Assembly (NCBI GenBank): GCA_965285935.1
Contig: OZ260663.1
Span: forward strand, 81,034,001-81,098,000
Origin: Ophelia neglecta
Lineage: Eukaryota
Direction: 5' to 3'
DNA: 64,000 bases
Shown: one piece after another, positions 13,901-62,390 of the stretch
How positions within the stretch are numbered: position 1 is the first letter of the stretch
Layout of the letters: the number at the start of each line of letters is the position of its first letter
Made by a program: the position numbers and the translations under genes
Notes under the pieces: model-generated
What the model saw: the letters and a program-made list of their open reading frames with translations, nothing else
What the model was told of the DNA's origin: nothing
The model's database searches: none

Positions 13901-16900
13901 ATTTTTCATTGACATTTCCTTGTGAATCAGCCTTCTATTTTGGCCGTTTTGGGACGATTCTTTGTGAAGCCTTGCTATCTCTGGCATAACTCCATTGGTT
14001 GTTCTCCAATAAGTTTTTGCTGGTCAGAAATTACCAAAACAAACACCTACGTGTATCTATGTTGTGCCAAGTGTGTTTCCCCAAATGTATTCAGTAGATA
14101 TTAAAAAATATTTTACTCAAATGTTGACTAATATAAATATGTATAAAGGATCTATTTAAGTACATAATATGTATATACACAATCAGCTTTTTTGTAAGTT
14201 GTGTTTGAATTCAGGTCAAATGAACTTAAACTCTGCTTCAATACAAACCAAATGGTGATGAAATAACATTCTAAAACAAATAATGAAACCGACCCCTCCT
14301 TTTTGTGTGATGAATCGTCTACATATTATGATTTTTGTTTCAGTCTCTACAGGAGCATTTGCGTTATTCCACAACCGTAAGTGATCAGTTAAAATTGGTT
14401 AGATGTTAACAAATCTATTCTCCATAGGCCTGTACATATGCCTATAATATTGGTAGCTGTCCTATTTAAGCGTGACAGGGTATTTTCTATTATTTGTGGC
14501 ATTGCTTCCCTCGCTGAAATGTATGAAATCCTATGATTCAGATAGGATGATTCTGGCTTAAAACCCTAACAGCTGTATACAAGTCCTTCTAAACGTACTG
14601 TATGAGTCTTACACAATTAATGGCTGCGTGAGTGAGGCTTACACTTATTGCTTTATTACAAACTCCCCCAAATTATTTACTGTGTAGTGTAATATACTAA
14701 TAAATTTCTGGTAAACTTAACACATAATATTGCTGTGTGGAGCATCAAATTTGACACAATTAAACAGCAAAACATGAGCTTGCATTTGGTAGCTTGTGTC
14801 TCAAATGAAATATTAACAAGTCTCATAAATCGATACTGTAACCCCAGGGTATGTTTTGGTGTTTTTATTTAATCTTCTATGAGCCAATGACTCGGAATTG
14901 ATGACTCAAGTGGTAGTTCGATTGTTTGCAGAATTTAATTTTCGCTATCTTCTTTAATCTTCAATACAATTCTAGCTCTCATTATTTAACACTAAGTGAA
15001 GAATTGTGACAGTTTTTAATCTATCAAATGTTGTGCGTTGTTAGTTTGCATCTTTGTCATTACTCGATTGTGTTGTTGCCGTTGTATTGTGGTTCGTTCA
15101 TCTGCTTAGCCGTTCAAATATTGATGCTACGAAGTCTCGTGTTGTCCCGCTGTTGCGAGACCTGCTGGCGTTGAATTATCTACGCGTTAATAATGTGCTG
15201 CCGCCTAGCGAACGACAAGAGGACCAATTTCTCCAGTAGTATTCAACAGTCGGTTCTGGTTAAGAATCAACGTACGTGTACTACTCTCCCCACTTTGCCT
15301 AACTGTGTGACTGCACGCCGGTCAGTGGCTACATCTATTGAAAGTCTTAAGCCGTCCGACACTTAAGCGTAAGAAAAGGATTCATTTCTTAAGCCATAAA
15401 ATAAATATATATTTCCGATTATTTGGGAACTTTTATAATGAGTACAATCACATTTGAAAAAAAAATAGGAAAAGTTCGAATCAAAAGTCAAGTGACTGAA
15501 ATTATTTAGACACATTCAAGACAGAGTTTTAGATCCCCACCCTTGGAGCGTTAACAGACTCACTATTTTTTAACATTCTAGATCCGACAATGAACATAAA
15601 AGTGCTATAAATGCCACGGATTGAAGCCCTGAGATGGCTAGGCTGCCAGACTTTCGTAATATTATTTTGTAGGACATGCGAGTTTGAAGTTTCAGCACAC
15701 ATTGGCTTTAACTTCAAACTGCCAGCCACAATAGCGAATTGTGTGCAGTGAATTATGGAGTCCATATTTTATTATACAACGCACTTAGAAAAGATGTTTG
15801 GCGCTAACTAATAGCGCCTGATTTCATCCATGGAATTTAAGATAATATAGACCCTACACCCCATTGTGGTCGGATGTATCAACGTAGCGTCTTTCACCAA
15901 CACCTCGCTCTTTGGTCGTCTGCTAAATTTCACCTTCATCTGGCGGGAATTCTGTAATACATCACACCATCGCGTTATATGGAAATTTCAGCTGCTGGTG
16001 TTATGTGTGGAGAGAATAGGGTGTCGGGACCTCATTGTAAAGTATTGACTGGGATATAAACGTGTTGGCAGTGTTTATTTTATACTATCTTTAGGTCATT
16101 CACCACCATCATAATATTATTCTGCCCCACTCTTGAGGTATACAAGCAACTCATTATTTATTGTTTAGGGACACAATTGACTTTGGATTAATAACAATGA
16201 ACCTAGTGTTCGCAAGTTCAAGTTGGTTCATATGCATACATTAATTTTCAAACCTTAACAAGTGCTATTCTCATGCTGATATATGTTGCGTGTGATTAAA
16301 ATACTAATAGATCTATATCTTAGTGATGTGGCACATTTCGAGTTAATTTGAAGTATATTTTATTCAAATTATTCCCCGTCAAATTTCCGTTCGCTGATTA
16401 CAGAGCGCTAATTCTCTAATGGAGACTGAAGAGGTGTTAGCCGGAGATGACCAAAGTCAAGTCGAAACCTAAGCTTATTCCTTTTGGCACCCGGTCTATT
16501 TTCATAATTTATCTGTCCAGCCAAGTGAAATGTTTATTATTTGTTAACTATACACTAAAGGCGAGTGTTCTAAGTGGTAAGAATCCTATGATATACCAAT
16601 AAGTTATCACTATTAATGTTAGTTAATATAAATCCTCATATTGTGATCAAACTTTGTTTTGTTTTCATCCATACTGACAAGAATTACAAATATTCCCGAA
16701 TGAACAATAACAATATTCGAAATTATAAATTTTAAATTTCTGATGTGACAATCTAATCAATAAAGTTTAAACTAATGGCTTCTTGGACTGAGCAGGAGAA
16801 GTCATTGTGGTTCTATAATTGTAATTGTGACATTTATTTGCTTGATAAGATTAAGTTGACAATAAACGATTAAAACAACAGTTGTAAGCTGGGCAGTGTG

Positions 16901-19900
16901 AGCGAAGATGTCAGTAAATGTCGTCTGCTAATCCAACTGAAAAATCACCCGTCAAAAACTTAAAATTATCTGTGAAAACTGTGCTGCACAACTGTGTTCC
17001 TCCACTGGCAGCTTTCTAGACAGCACCGAGCAGCATTAAACCCCAATTCGATATAATTATAATCTGCTTAATTGCATGATGGACATTAAGTTTAAATTGA
17101 CATGTTATTAATGAGTTGGCTGAGGGTTTGTTTGTTTTATGTGACTGAAGTAGGTTTACACCAGAATCAGTCTAGCGTGGACGTTCGACTGATGATTTCA
17201 ACATGTCAGACTTTTCTTCTCTCTTCTCGTTAAAACTCTCCTGTCTTTCCCCCAGGATATAATACACGTACAAGTTACCTGCCAACTCTTACTTTCTCCT
17301 GACTTTGAAGACCACTTTGTGAAGAAAGCTTTCGACAATAGCTCCGGGGTAGTTTCTATGAGGGAAAGGGGCAAAATTAATCTTATTTACACCTTAGCAG
17401 TGCGAGTTTTGTTCGTCAATCGACGTTTCGGATGCGCTTGGGAACGTAGCTCGGAGCGATTGCCGACCAGAACCTGTGTCTGACTCGCGTCGGAACATGG
17501 CGTTTCGCCGGGAGGTAGCGGGCTCTCTCACCCGTTGTAACCCCGACTTACCCGCCCACCTCCCCGGTCCTTTAGGGTCCGGCCCGCGGGTAAATCGCCC
17601 GAGGAACTAACCCAGGAGTGGATATAACCTACTGCATTTACATATTTACCAATAAGGTGAAACTGACAGAGTAGCCCAACTGATAGCCATCTTCGCACCG
17701 ACCGACTCCCTGATAAGAATAATTTTGTTGTTCTGAGGAGTTCGGCACACATTAAGTAGCAACTACCTTGTCAAACACACAAGAACAACTATACCATCAT
17801 TACCGCTCCTTTTCCGTTCACCTACCGGTCTTCATCGCCATTAAAGTTAATAGACTAGCTTAAACTTCACCAAGGAGAGCGTGAAGCAAACTAGGAAAAT
17901 ATTTGTATCTTTTCAACGAAGCGCCACCTTGTCTAGTTCATTATCAGAGTCTATTGTAAGGCCGGCAAAGACCCCGGCTCGGGCTTGGCTACTTTAACCA
18001 GACTAATAGCAACTAGTTAGAATAAACCGCCGTGATTATAGCATTCCCATCCACTTAGGTAGCTGGTAAAAGTGGATCCTTGTTCACCGGTCTCTGTTTT
18101 CATAAACTCTTAAGCATATTGTAAAGCTTTGGTTACATCTTGCTAAACATTTTACAAAGCCAAGCTGACATTGTCAAAGACCAGGCAAGCATTCAGCGTT
18201 GTTTAATAGGACCATTTCTAGTCATAACCCCTCAAAAATGACACAAATTGGCCTTGTCAAACCGGAGATTATGCGGTTGTTATCCCAATGAAAAAAAATA
18301 TAATTTTAAAATGAGAAATAGATATGATAAGTAGGCAGAGATGAAACAGCTACTTAAGAAGATAGTTTTGTGGCTTAATATACTGGTGAAAACATCAGTT
18401 TCATGACCGTGTTCTGTCACCGGCTATTACAGCGACGAGTTCGTGGCATGCTTATAGTGTTGAACAAACACTGATAATGGGATTAAAATGAAACAATGTC
18501 AGTTCAGTGGTCACAATAACTTATAAATACTAATATCAACAACATGTCAAACAGCTTAATCTTGTCTAGACCTTCTGAACGGCAAGGTACACAGCCAGAC
18601 GGCAACAAATGCAATACATGAAGTTGGCAGACGACATTTGGAGTATCCCAACTCAATGGACTGAAAGAGACAGGGCTGGTAACTGGACAGTTACCGATTA
18701 ACAAATAAAACAACCCTGAAACAAATCCTATGAAATTATTCCAGACATTTGGTCCCACACAATGTCAAGGATGGGCTGGTGGGTCCTTTGTAGCCCATGT
18801 GTGTACAATCAGTGCTGGTCCGAATCAGTGTGCGGACTGACGGCTGGCTGAACATGAAAACATCAAAACCACCATCTCTCCCCTAACTTCGCGGGATCTG
18901 CACGCTACATATAACCAAGAAAATAAACTTACAGAATATTTGTGGCAACTAATGCTTTACTATCAAGTAGGCCAACTATACCCAGCATCCGTGGCAGTAC
19001 CCCCCCCCCTTCCCCCCTACCTCGCCCTTCCCCCCCTACTGGCGATTTTATTAACTTACTGGCAGGTATACTATATATAGGCATATAAATATAGAATTTG
19101 TAATTATAAACAAACTAGTCATTAGAAGTTCCGTCAGCTGAAGGTCATAGATTGACCCTGGCATTTGATTCGGCCGTGATTAGCGGCGTTGGAGGGACAG
19201 GACAGCCCCAGGGTTTGTGAAATCCGATGCTCTGATTGGACCCCGCGCCCCAATACGTAAAAAGACCCCGAAAACCAGGCCGAAGAAGTGCAAATAGGCC
19301 TGTAGAAGGTTTGAGGAGAGTTGTCCGCACACACACACGTGGCCAGTTTGCAGCTCGAGGGGTGCAGTGTAGCAAATGGACCCGAGGGAACACGGATAAT
19401 AGTTACATTGGATTACTGAGTGTCTGTCCGCCGGCAGCAAGGACAGCTTTTCAATGCTCACATTCCAGGTTTGTATAGAAAGAGGTCATTCGGCAATTTT
19501 CTGGTGGTTAAACTATGTTTTTCCCTGGGTAGGGGCTAGTGGCTCAGGTATGGGCCGCCGATACCTGACCTGATGTTCATAGGGTGAACGCAGACGACAT
19601 CGAGTTCATGTTTGTGTATCGTATTTCATCGGAGGGACGCGCGCGAGTTGCCAAAAGCTGGTGTCTCAGTGATGGCTATTATATTTTAAGCGGCAAACCC
19701 CTACAAAAGCCAAGCGGCGATACTTTGTTTGTAAACAGGAAGACACAAATTTCGCACAAAGACATATTCACAGTCGAGAAGGCACGAAAATGGACTTCCA
19801 TTGTCCGAGACGTGTATTTGAAGAGTGTTTCTTTATAGCTGCCTAACGGTATTAGCTGCCTCGGTCATGGGGACAGGTACATGTCACTCCCACAAAACAC

Positions 19901-21311
19901 TCTTAATAAAATGCATTTGCAAGCGACGTTTATAATTCCCTATCGAGATATTCAATTCAGTTTTACCAACCATTTCCTTGTCGATTTATTGTGGCGGCTA
20001 CCCGTTTATTGCTGACGGGCAGGTTTTGCATGGAGTCAGAGGACTTTAAAATCGTGGCTGATGAGGTTCTCTGTGCTCGCCGACGGTTTGAAGCTCACAT
20101 GGAGACGATTCTCCACGGTTCCACTTAGAATCTTTGAAGGTTCACCCGTGAAATCCGTTGTCTCACGCCACATGTGGCTGTTAAACTCTATTAACATGTC
20201 CGTCGGAGCCCCAGATCAAATAGCAGACGACAGCCTCAATCAAAACACTCGACCAGCGATCTAATGAAGTCGGCGAATATGAAATACTCAGATAATTGGT
20301 GGAATGCCATTAGAGAAGCCAAGCAAGGGTTGGCAGCCATTAATTCCGAGACCGTGAGTCAACAAGACGTGGGGGACTACGGCGGCCGTCGGTGAGATCG
20401 CAGTCCGGTCAAATCTGCTGGGAATAGGGGTGGGAGGGGGCAATCGAAATCTCCTCACTGATCAAGATTGTAGCGCGAATCCCGCGGTTTTACCAGCAAG
20501 GGTCATATAGCACCGACTCGCCCTCTAATAGATTTAACACCCAGGTGATAAGTACATAATTAAGTTTGTGTGGATTTCCTAAGCAAACTCACCAAGTTGG
20601 GTGAGAAGATTCTAGATTGGTTGCTAAGTTAGCAGAATGGCCGACCGCGAGTAAACACATTTCTACCATTGTCGTCTGCAGATGCTAAACCACTCGGTGC
20701 TCCCGCGCTAATGACAAGTATTATACCACTATTGACCTTTCCTCCTTGGCTGTAGCCGTCAAATACACACTGGCTACCATCTTAGACCCTTAGTCATGTA
20801 TCAATGCTGACAACAGAACGGAAGGAGGCGATCAAATAAAGACAAGAAGAAGCCAAATAAGAGCGAGTTGACGGGCCATGTTTGTTCACAGGCTTTCCGA
20901 CCAACTCGGCCCATTCTCCGGGCTTCCCAAATAATGTGCTAGGCAAGCAGGCGAGGACCAGGGTAAACAAAATTCTCTTATAAAACAAATAGATAGGACA
21001 CACCCCCAGCATAGAACAGGCTCATATCGATTGGGGAATGGCTACTGCCAGCTAAGATCGCCTTTTATTCTCGCACATCAATCACAGAACCATCGATTTA
21101 ACTGAGAGCTGGGGTTAGACGAGTCCTTCCGACGCCTCCAAACGGAGGACGGGTCAGTGCCTTGGGTGACTAATGCAAAAGTTCTATGGCGCAGATAAAA
21201 AGCCTTTAAACATTGCCATTGCACAATTCAGCGACAAATTTTGCCTCCTAAATCACGGAGGAGGGCCTTTGGTAGCGGGGGAAGCACTGCCAGGTCGAAT
21301 TCTAAAGGCAA

Positions 21312-21407
21312 CCAATAGGAAGCCGTCCCGAGAACCATTGAACCGAGGACCAATCAGGGGCAAGAAGGCAAAACGCCGAGTGCATAAGGTAAACCCACCT
21401 CAATTGG
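21312..21407 (+). promoter_or_regulatory. Putative AP-2 promoter: three CCAAT (NF-Y) boxes
   Basis: ACCAATAG (CCAAT at 21312-21316), ACCAATCAG (21350-21354) and reverse-orientation ATTGGCT (21403-21407), spaced 38 and 53 nt apart, directly upstream of the distal candidate first exon. Confidence 0.55.
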
Positions 21408-21684
21408 CTGAGTGTGGCTCGGTGCTTCGACAAGAACAGACGAGAGTGCATGCCCGCAGGCTCTTCTTGCTAGAAATAGTGTTCATCTGATTGTACATTT
21501 ACTATGGCCGCACTAGCTGGCTTTTGACACTACAAAATATGAACTGATTTGATTATTTCGCCCTCTGGAAGCCGTGCTCCGTTGCTGGTGCCTACTTTGT
21601 GCGAGTGGACATTTGACGCTTATGTCCGGCCTCCCCTCTCTCCGGCCGACGACGAGGATAATATAATCTTGCGCCCGAGAAACT

Positions 21685-21870
21685 ATGTCTCAGTTGAGCC
21701 CGCTGGCTGCAGAAGAGATTCCGTACTTTGCCAGGAGAGAGCTCGGATTTTACCGGAAGAATCGTTTGGAGGCTGCAGCCGCCGCGGCTTGCCTACGGAG
21801 TGCTACCCTTCCCTCGCAGATAGGAAAGTCACAGGAGATGCCCTCCGCCTTCGGCTATCTCGACCCCGAG
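21685..21870 (+). CDS. TFAP2: AP-2 candidate alternative first coding exon (distal, 1a): 62 aa MSQLSPLAAEEIPYF...AAAAAA...FGYLDPE (or a uORF ending 21879)
   Basis: Good Kozak context (ACTATG, A at -3). GC-rich, coding-like ORF with a poly-Ala run, about 280 nt downstream of a CCAAT cluster. It ends GAG|GTGCTG in phase 0, which matches exon 2, but the donor is weak. Confidence 0.45.
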
Positions 21871-22576
21871 GTGCTGTGAATATCTCTTTTACTCTACTCG
21901 TCAAGTTCGCTTATTGTTACTATAATGTATACGCTATCGGTTAGAATTCACTGATATCAACGGACCTCGGCAGCTGAGACCGCCGACTCTTTATGTATTT
22001 TGGGCTAACAGCTTACTTTGATTATGGTACATTTCTGAGACATAATCCATGCTACTATCTCTTGGTTGGCGTGCACAAGCTTATTTACGATTAATTCTAA
22101 CTTCTAACACCGTATCATAATTTTACTTTTCTCAGATTTACTTAAGTTAATGTTGACTTTCTACCTCGGTTGCGGCCATCCGATTTCTATCTGCTTTATT
22201 CATGTTCTTGTTCGACCAGGGCGGTCTATAATTTAGTGATGTTGGTGGAGGTAGCTATTATACTTGCCGGACTATAGTTCATTTGATGGACATTAAGGAA
22301 TTTCACGCGGCACCTGACAACTAGCCTCCCTCCCACCATTACAGTGTAGTTACATTCGGTGAACACATGGAATGCCGGTGGAGTGGATAGTGTCATAGCA
22401 TATCATATAGATTTAGTGCGGCAAACAACAACAGTGAGCAGTTTAAAATCAGACTTTTCCTGCTAAAGCTTTGTCCGAGAGGGATCCCTGGGAAATTCTG
22501 ACCGCTTGACGAGTCCAAAACAAGATCAAAGATCACCAAACGACATTTTGACAGCCACCAGACTCAAGATAGTCGA

Positions 22577-58812
<36,236 letters not shown>

Positions 58813-59935
58813 GTCCTTGTGGTGTGAGGCCATGACGTCTGCAGCAAGGACTCATTTTGTACGCGTCTTGTCACGTGGCGAGGTGATCTCTATGTCGTCT
58901 GCTCGTCTCAGTGTGGCGGGAAATCGTCGTATAAAGTCATTCTCTGGTGCCAGAGCCACTGATTAAATTAATGCAGGGAGTTATTTAATTTAATTCACAT
59001 TAAGCAACTCAAATTCTGTTCCAATATGTACTGTTGTCGCTGGACCTGGCGTACTTGCATCTTAGTGTTTGGATGCCTGTGTTGCTGAGAACTCTCGGCC
59101 GTATCGGGCCAAGTGTGGGCTGGTCTGCCCGGCAGGAAGAGGCAGACACGCCGAAATCGTTGGGGAAGCGTGCAGTTTGTGCCATGTACTTTGTATCCGC
59201 TAGTTCTGGTCACTTTATAGCTGTAACAAATCGTTCGTTACTCGTTCTACACAGCCAAATTCAGTTTGTCGGAGAGAGAAATCATAAGGTGTTCCCCAAG
59301 GATGTTTACTGTATTTGATATATTTTGCAAACTCTATAATGACGTCAGGGATTTTCTTAGATGTCGTCTTACAATATGCGTTCATGACCTCAATTTAATA
59401 CTTTACCACCAAAGTGCGCATGCGCAGTAACCTGCTGCATGTTTCGGAACATTTCGGTCCCGAAATGTTTTGCGTTTCTTTTCACAATAGCACTGTAAAA
59501 TCTTGCAGCTTTTGTATAACTGTTACGAACATTCCATTCGTATGCATACTTCGCTTTGTACATCCTGTAATTATTGCTAAATTATCTTTTGTATATCCGA
59601 AGGGTACGGTCTCCTTAAGCGAAAGCACAATCAGAGCTGTATCTATGAAATGTGTATAAATGTGTGGTTGGTTATATAATGTTCCTTTGTGAAAGGTTTC
59701 TTACCTCTATATAAGGCAAACGCTTACTGTAAGTGGATGATATTTGATCGAGGAAACCGAACAAGTCATATGCTGTTATTTATAGTATAGCGCCACTGCC
59801 ATATCCACCATAAATTGCAAGTATTGAGCACTCACTGGTAATAATCACAAAAATCTAAAGTGCCTTCAAATTAAAACAGGCTTCATCCAAAGCACTTTAA
59901 GTTTCTCTCGAAACAGACTTGATATAAGTAAGAAG

Positions 59936-59988
59936 TTGGGGCATGACATCCCAGGAAGTGGTATACTCCTTGGGATGTCATTCCCCGA
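59936..59988 (+). other. Long stem-loop in 3' UTR
   Basis: ttggggcatgacatcccaggaagt-ggtat-actccttgggatgtcattccccga forms a ~24-bp stem with two mismatches and two G-U pairs. Confidence 0.75.
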
Positions 59989-60946
59989 GTGTCGATCTAG
60001 AAATATGTAATTGTTGAGCATAGACACCGAGGTAAAAGGTAACTTGTTCGCCCTAGCAGGTAAAATGGTCTTATTTTATTTTGTATCTCTCGTTTAAAAT
60101 GTATTCAATGCATGCTACTTTGTGCATTTTGAAAGGTTGTGTATGTATATCACAATTATTGATTCACACCGGTCGTGCTGGTTGATAACAGACTCACCAA
60201 TGAAAACTACATAATACGTGAAGTAGGAATGGCTACTGTATGTACATGTTAATACGGAAACATCTACCTCTTTTGTTTGAACCTGCACTTTGTGAGTAGT
60301 TAGTAAGTTTTTGAAGGGTGGACGGTTTTTGAACATGCTACATCTGTCAGGTCAGTCCTATGACGAGTTCAAGTTATCAGCTAGTGTGACCGGAAGTGTT
60401 GTCCGCATTTGCCCAATTCAGCACGTTTGTCTCATAGGTCACCTGTAACCATGAGAACTTATGAACAATCGTGTTGAATAAGGTGCACTTGCCACTAAAA
60501 ACTCAATTACCATTCGAAAAGGTTATTGCTGGATTGGGAGTAAACTTCGAGACATCGGCCATCCATATTGGCCGCTCAAAGCATTTATTGGCTAACAAAA
60601 GCAAGCAGACGGCACCTTGTATTGATGTGTTTGATGGTGCGTTGTCCCGAGTTCTTGCAGATGGAATCTAGCCAACGTGTTTTGCCGATGTCTCGCCGAG
60701 TTTGCCGTATCAGTCGCGGAGTGAATGTGCTTAAACCTCCGTATTGGATAAAGTTATCTTAATTTATGAACCTCATAATGAATATGTAAATGAAGTGATG
60801 ATTTTGTAAATGTCGAGCGACTCGAGAGACGTGGTTTTCACGTGGACTCGTGTTGATGTAATCTTAGTATTTATCGTGTATTTTCCAGTTGTAGTCTTGA
60901 CTATGTGGGAGAGAAAAAAATGTACGCAACGCTCTACGGATTTGAA

Positions 60947-60952
60947 AATAAA
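60947..60952 (+). terminator. Polyadenylation signal AATAAA
   Basis: AATAAA preceded by TGTA elements and followed by G/T-rich sequence (ggtgtgttagtgtc...tctctgtttttggtg). Confidence 0.6.
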
Positions 60953-62022
60953 GGTGTGTTAGTGTCACAAAAGGTCTTATTCTCTGTTTTTGGTGCCACC
61001 GGGTCAGGGGAAGCCTGCTGCTAAAAGAAACTACAGGGGAGTGCCCTTAAGATTAAAGAATCACAGAAATCAATATGGCCCGGCCTGCTTCATGACAGAG
61101 CCTTTGATAACTCCCTCAGTAATGGATTCAGCGGAAACGCTTTGGTCAGACATAAGACTGGTCGTACGGCCGCCTCTTTAAACCATATGGAAAATAACCA
61201 TTTAAGCTCTCTTAAATGCTTTTAAGGAACAATTTTAGCTATCGATGCATCCACATGTAGAGTCAGTTTCAACAGGCTTAGCCCGTTGGTATGTGACCGT
61301 TCTTTTATATCCTAAGACATTGGCCATTCTGTTTGAATTAGAAAACACACACAGTTTGAATGGTTCAACAGGGACATTAAATCAGATTGGTGGTTCGACT
61401 TCGCACCTGGTTAAGAGATGTTAAGCCCCCACCTGTGGCTCAGTGTATATAGGAGGGCAAAGAAAGCCAAAATGGCCTCCCAATTCCATCTAAATTTAAT
61501 CCTTAACAAACTACAGGGTCATTGGCACTTCAGCTTGTTTGTTATTTGCTCGGTAAAGGAAAGGACCACTAAATCCTGTTGGCGAGATAAAGATGGTGGA
61601 CAAACGATACAATGACAGCAGGGCTTAGCCTGGCAATACGGACGGTGGAGGGTCTCAAGAGCCTCTCAGCTAGCTAAACCTCTGAGCAAATGTACTTCTA
61701 GTATTTGACGAAATATTCCTATTACAGCTAAGTGGTCGCTGGCTCTATTCAACAGCAATAGCCAGCTGATGTTGACGGGAAAGACATGGGCTCGGATTCG
61801 TGACCAGATCCACCTTCTTTCACACCTTGAAACATTCAAAACACCTTTTGTTCCTCGTCATATTTATAATATTAAATATCATTTTCGCAAGGTGGTATAT
61901 CTTGACCTTGTTTACACCGTAAAGGAAGCCTTTTAAGTTACCATGCGTCGTATAGCTTTACGTCTGCTAGTACTGTGTCAGGGGTGAATGTTTGCCGCAA
62001 TCATATCATATATATAAGATGT

Positions 62023-62390
62023 CGGGGCGGCTGTCGATGATGGAAGGGAGGGGGGTCATGACAACCCCCCTGGGAGGGGTGGTTATGCCCCCTTAATTCT
62101 GAATTATATGCACAGCAGATGGCGGAGGGAGTAGATTATGTTTTTAACATTAATGTATACAAAAAAGTTGTTTGCGCCTCTAGGGAGCATACAACAGAAA
62201 GCACCAGAAAGTTCCGCGCAGTGCATGTGGGGATTACTAGAATATTATAGAGTCTTTAAAAAACTAATATATGGCCCTCTGCTTCATATTAGATCAGCAC
62301 GACGGAGTTCCCTTATCCTTCCAGTGTAGTCGTGCCTGTCCGCCCCTCCCCACTACCTGGACCCTGCTTAATGTTTGAGATCCGCCCCTG
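62023..62390. mobile_element. Degenerate MITE-like non-autonomous DNA transposon (possibly PIF/Harbinger-derived)
   Basis: The right end GATCCGCCCCTG (62379-62390) is imperfectly inverted to the left cggggcggct (62023). There are G-runs inside the left end and C-runs inside the right end, and no coding capacity. The superfamily assignment is from recollection of CAGGGGCGGATC-type termini, not from a search. Confidence 0.45.

Larger units (their letters stand above)
58813..60975 (+). other. Putative 3' UTR of AP-2 (~2.1 kb)
   Basis: Runs from the stop codon to about 20 nt past the first well-contexted AATAAA. The end position is inferred. Confidence 0.6.

Noticed and set aside
17920-17934. 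BMP-responsive Mad/Medea element (GRCGNC-N5-GTCT)
   Set aside because: AGCGCC-N5-GTCT mismatches the first base, and a similar word at ~63130 has a 4-nt spacer. Too weak to call.
21549-21944. 131-aa ORF overlapping the distal first exon
   Set aside because: TTG start, no suitable donor and no similarity to AP-2. It is an alternative frame of a GC-rich region.
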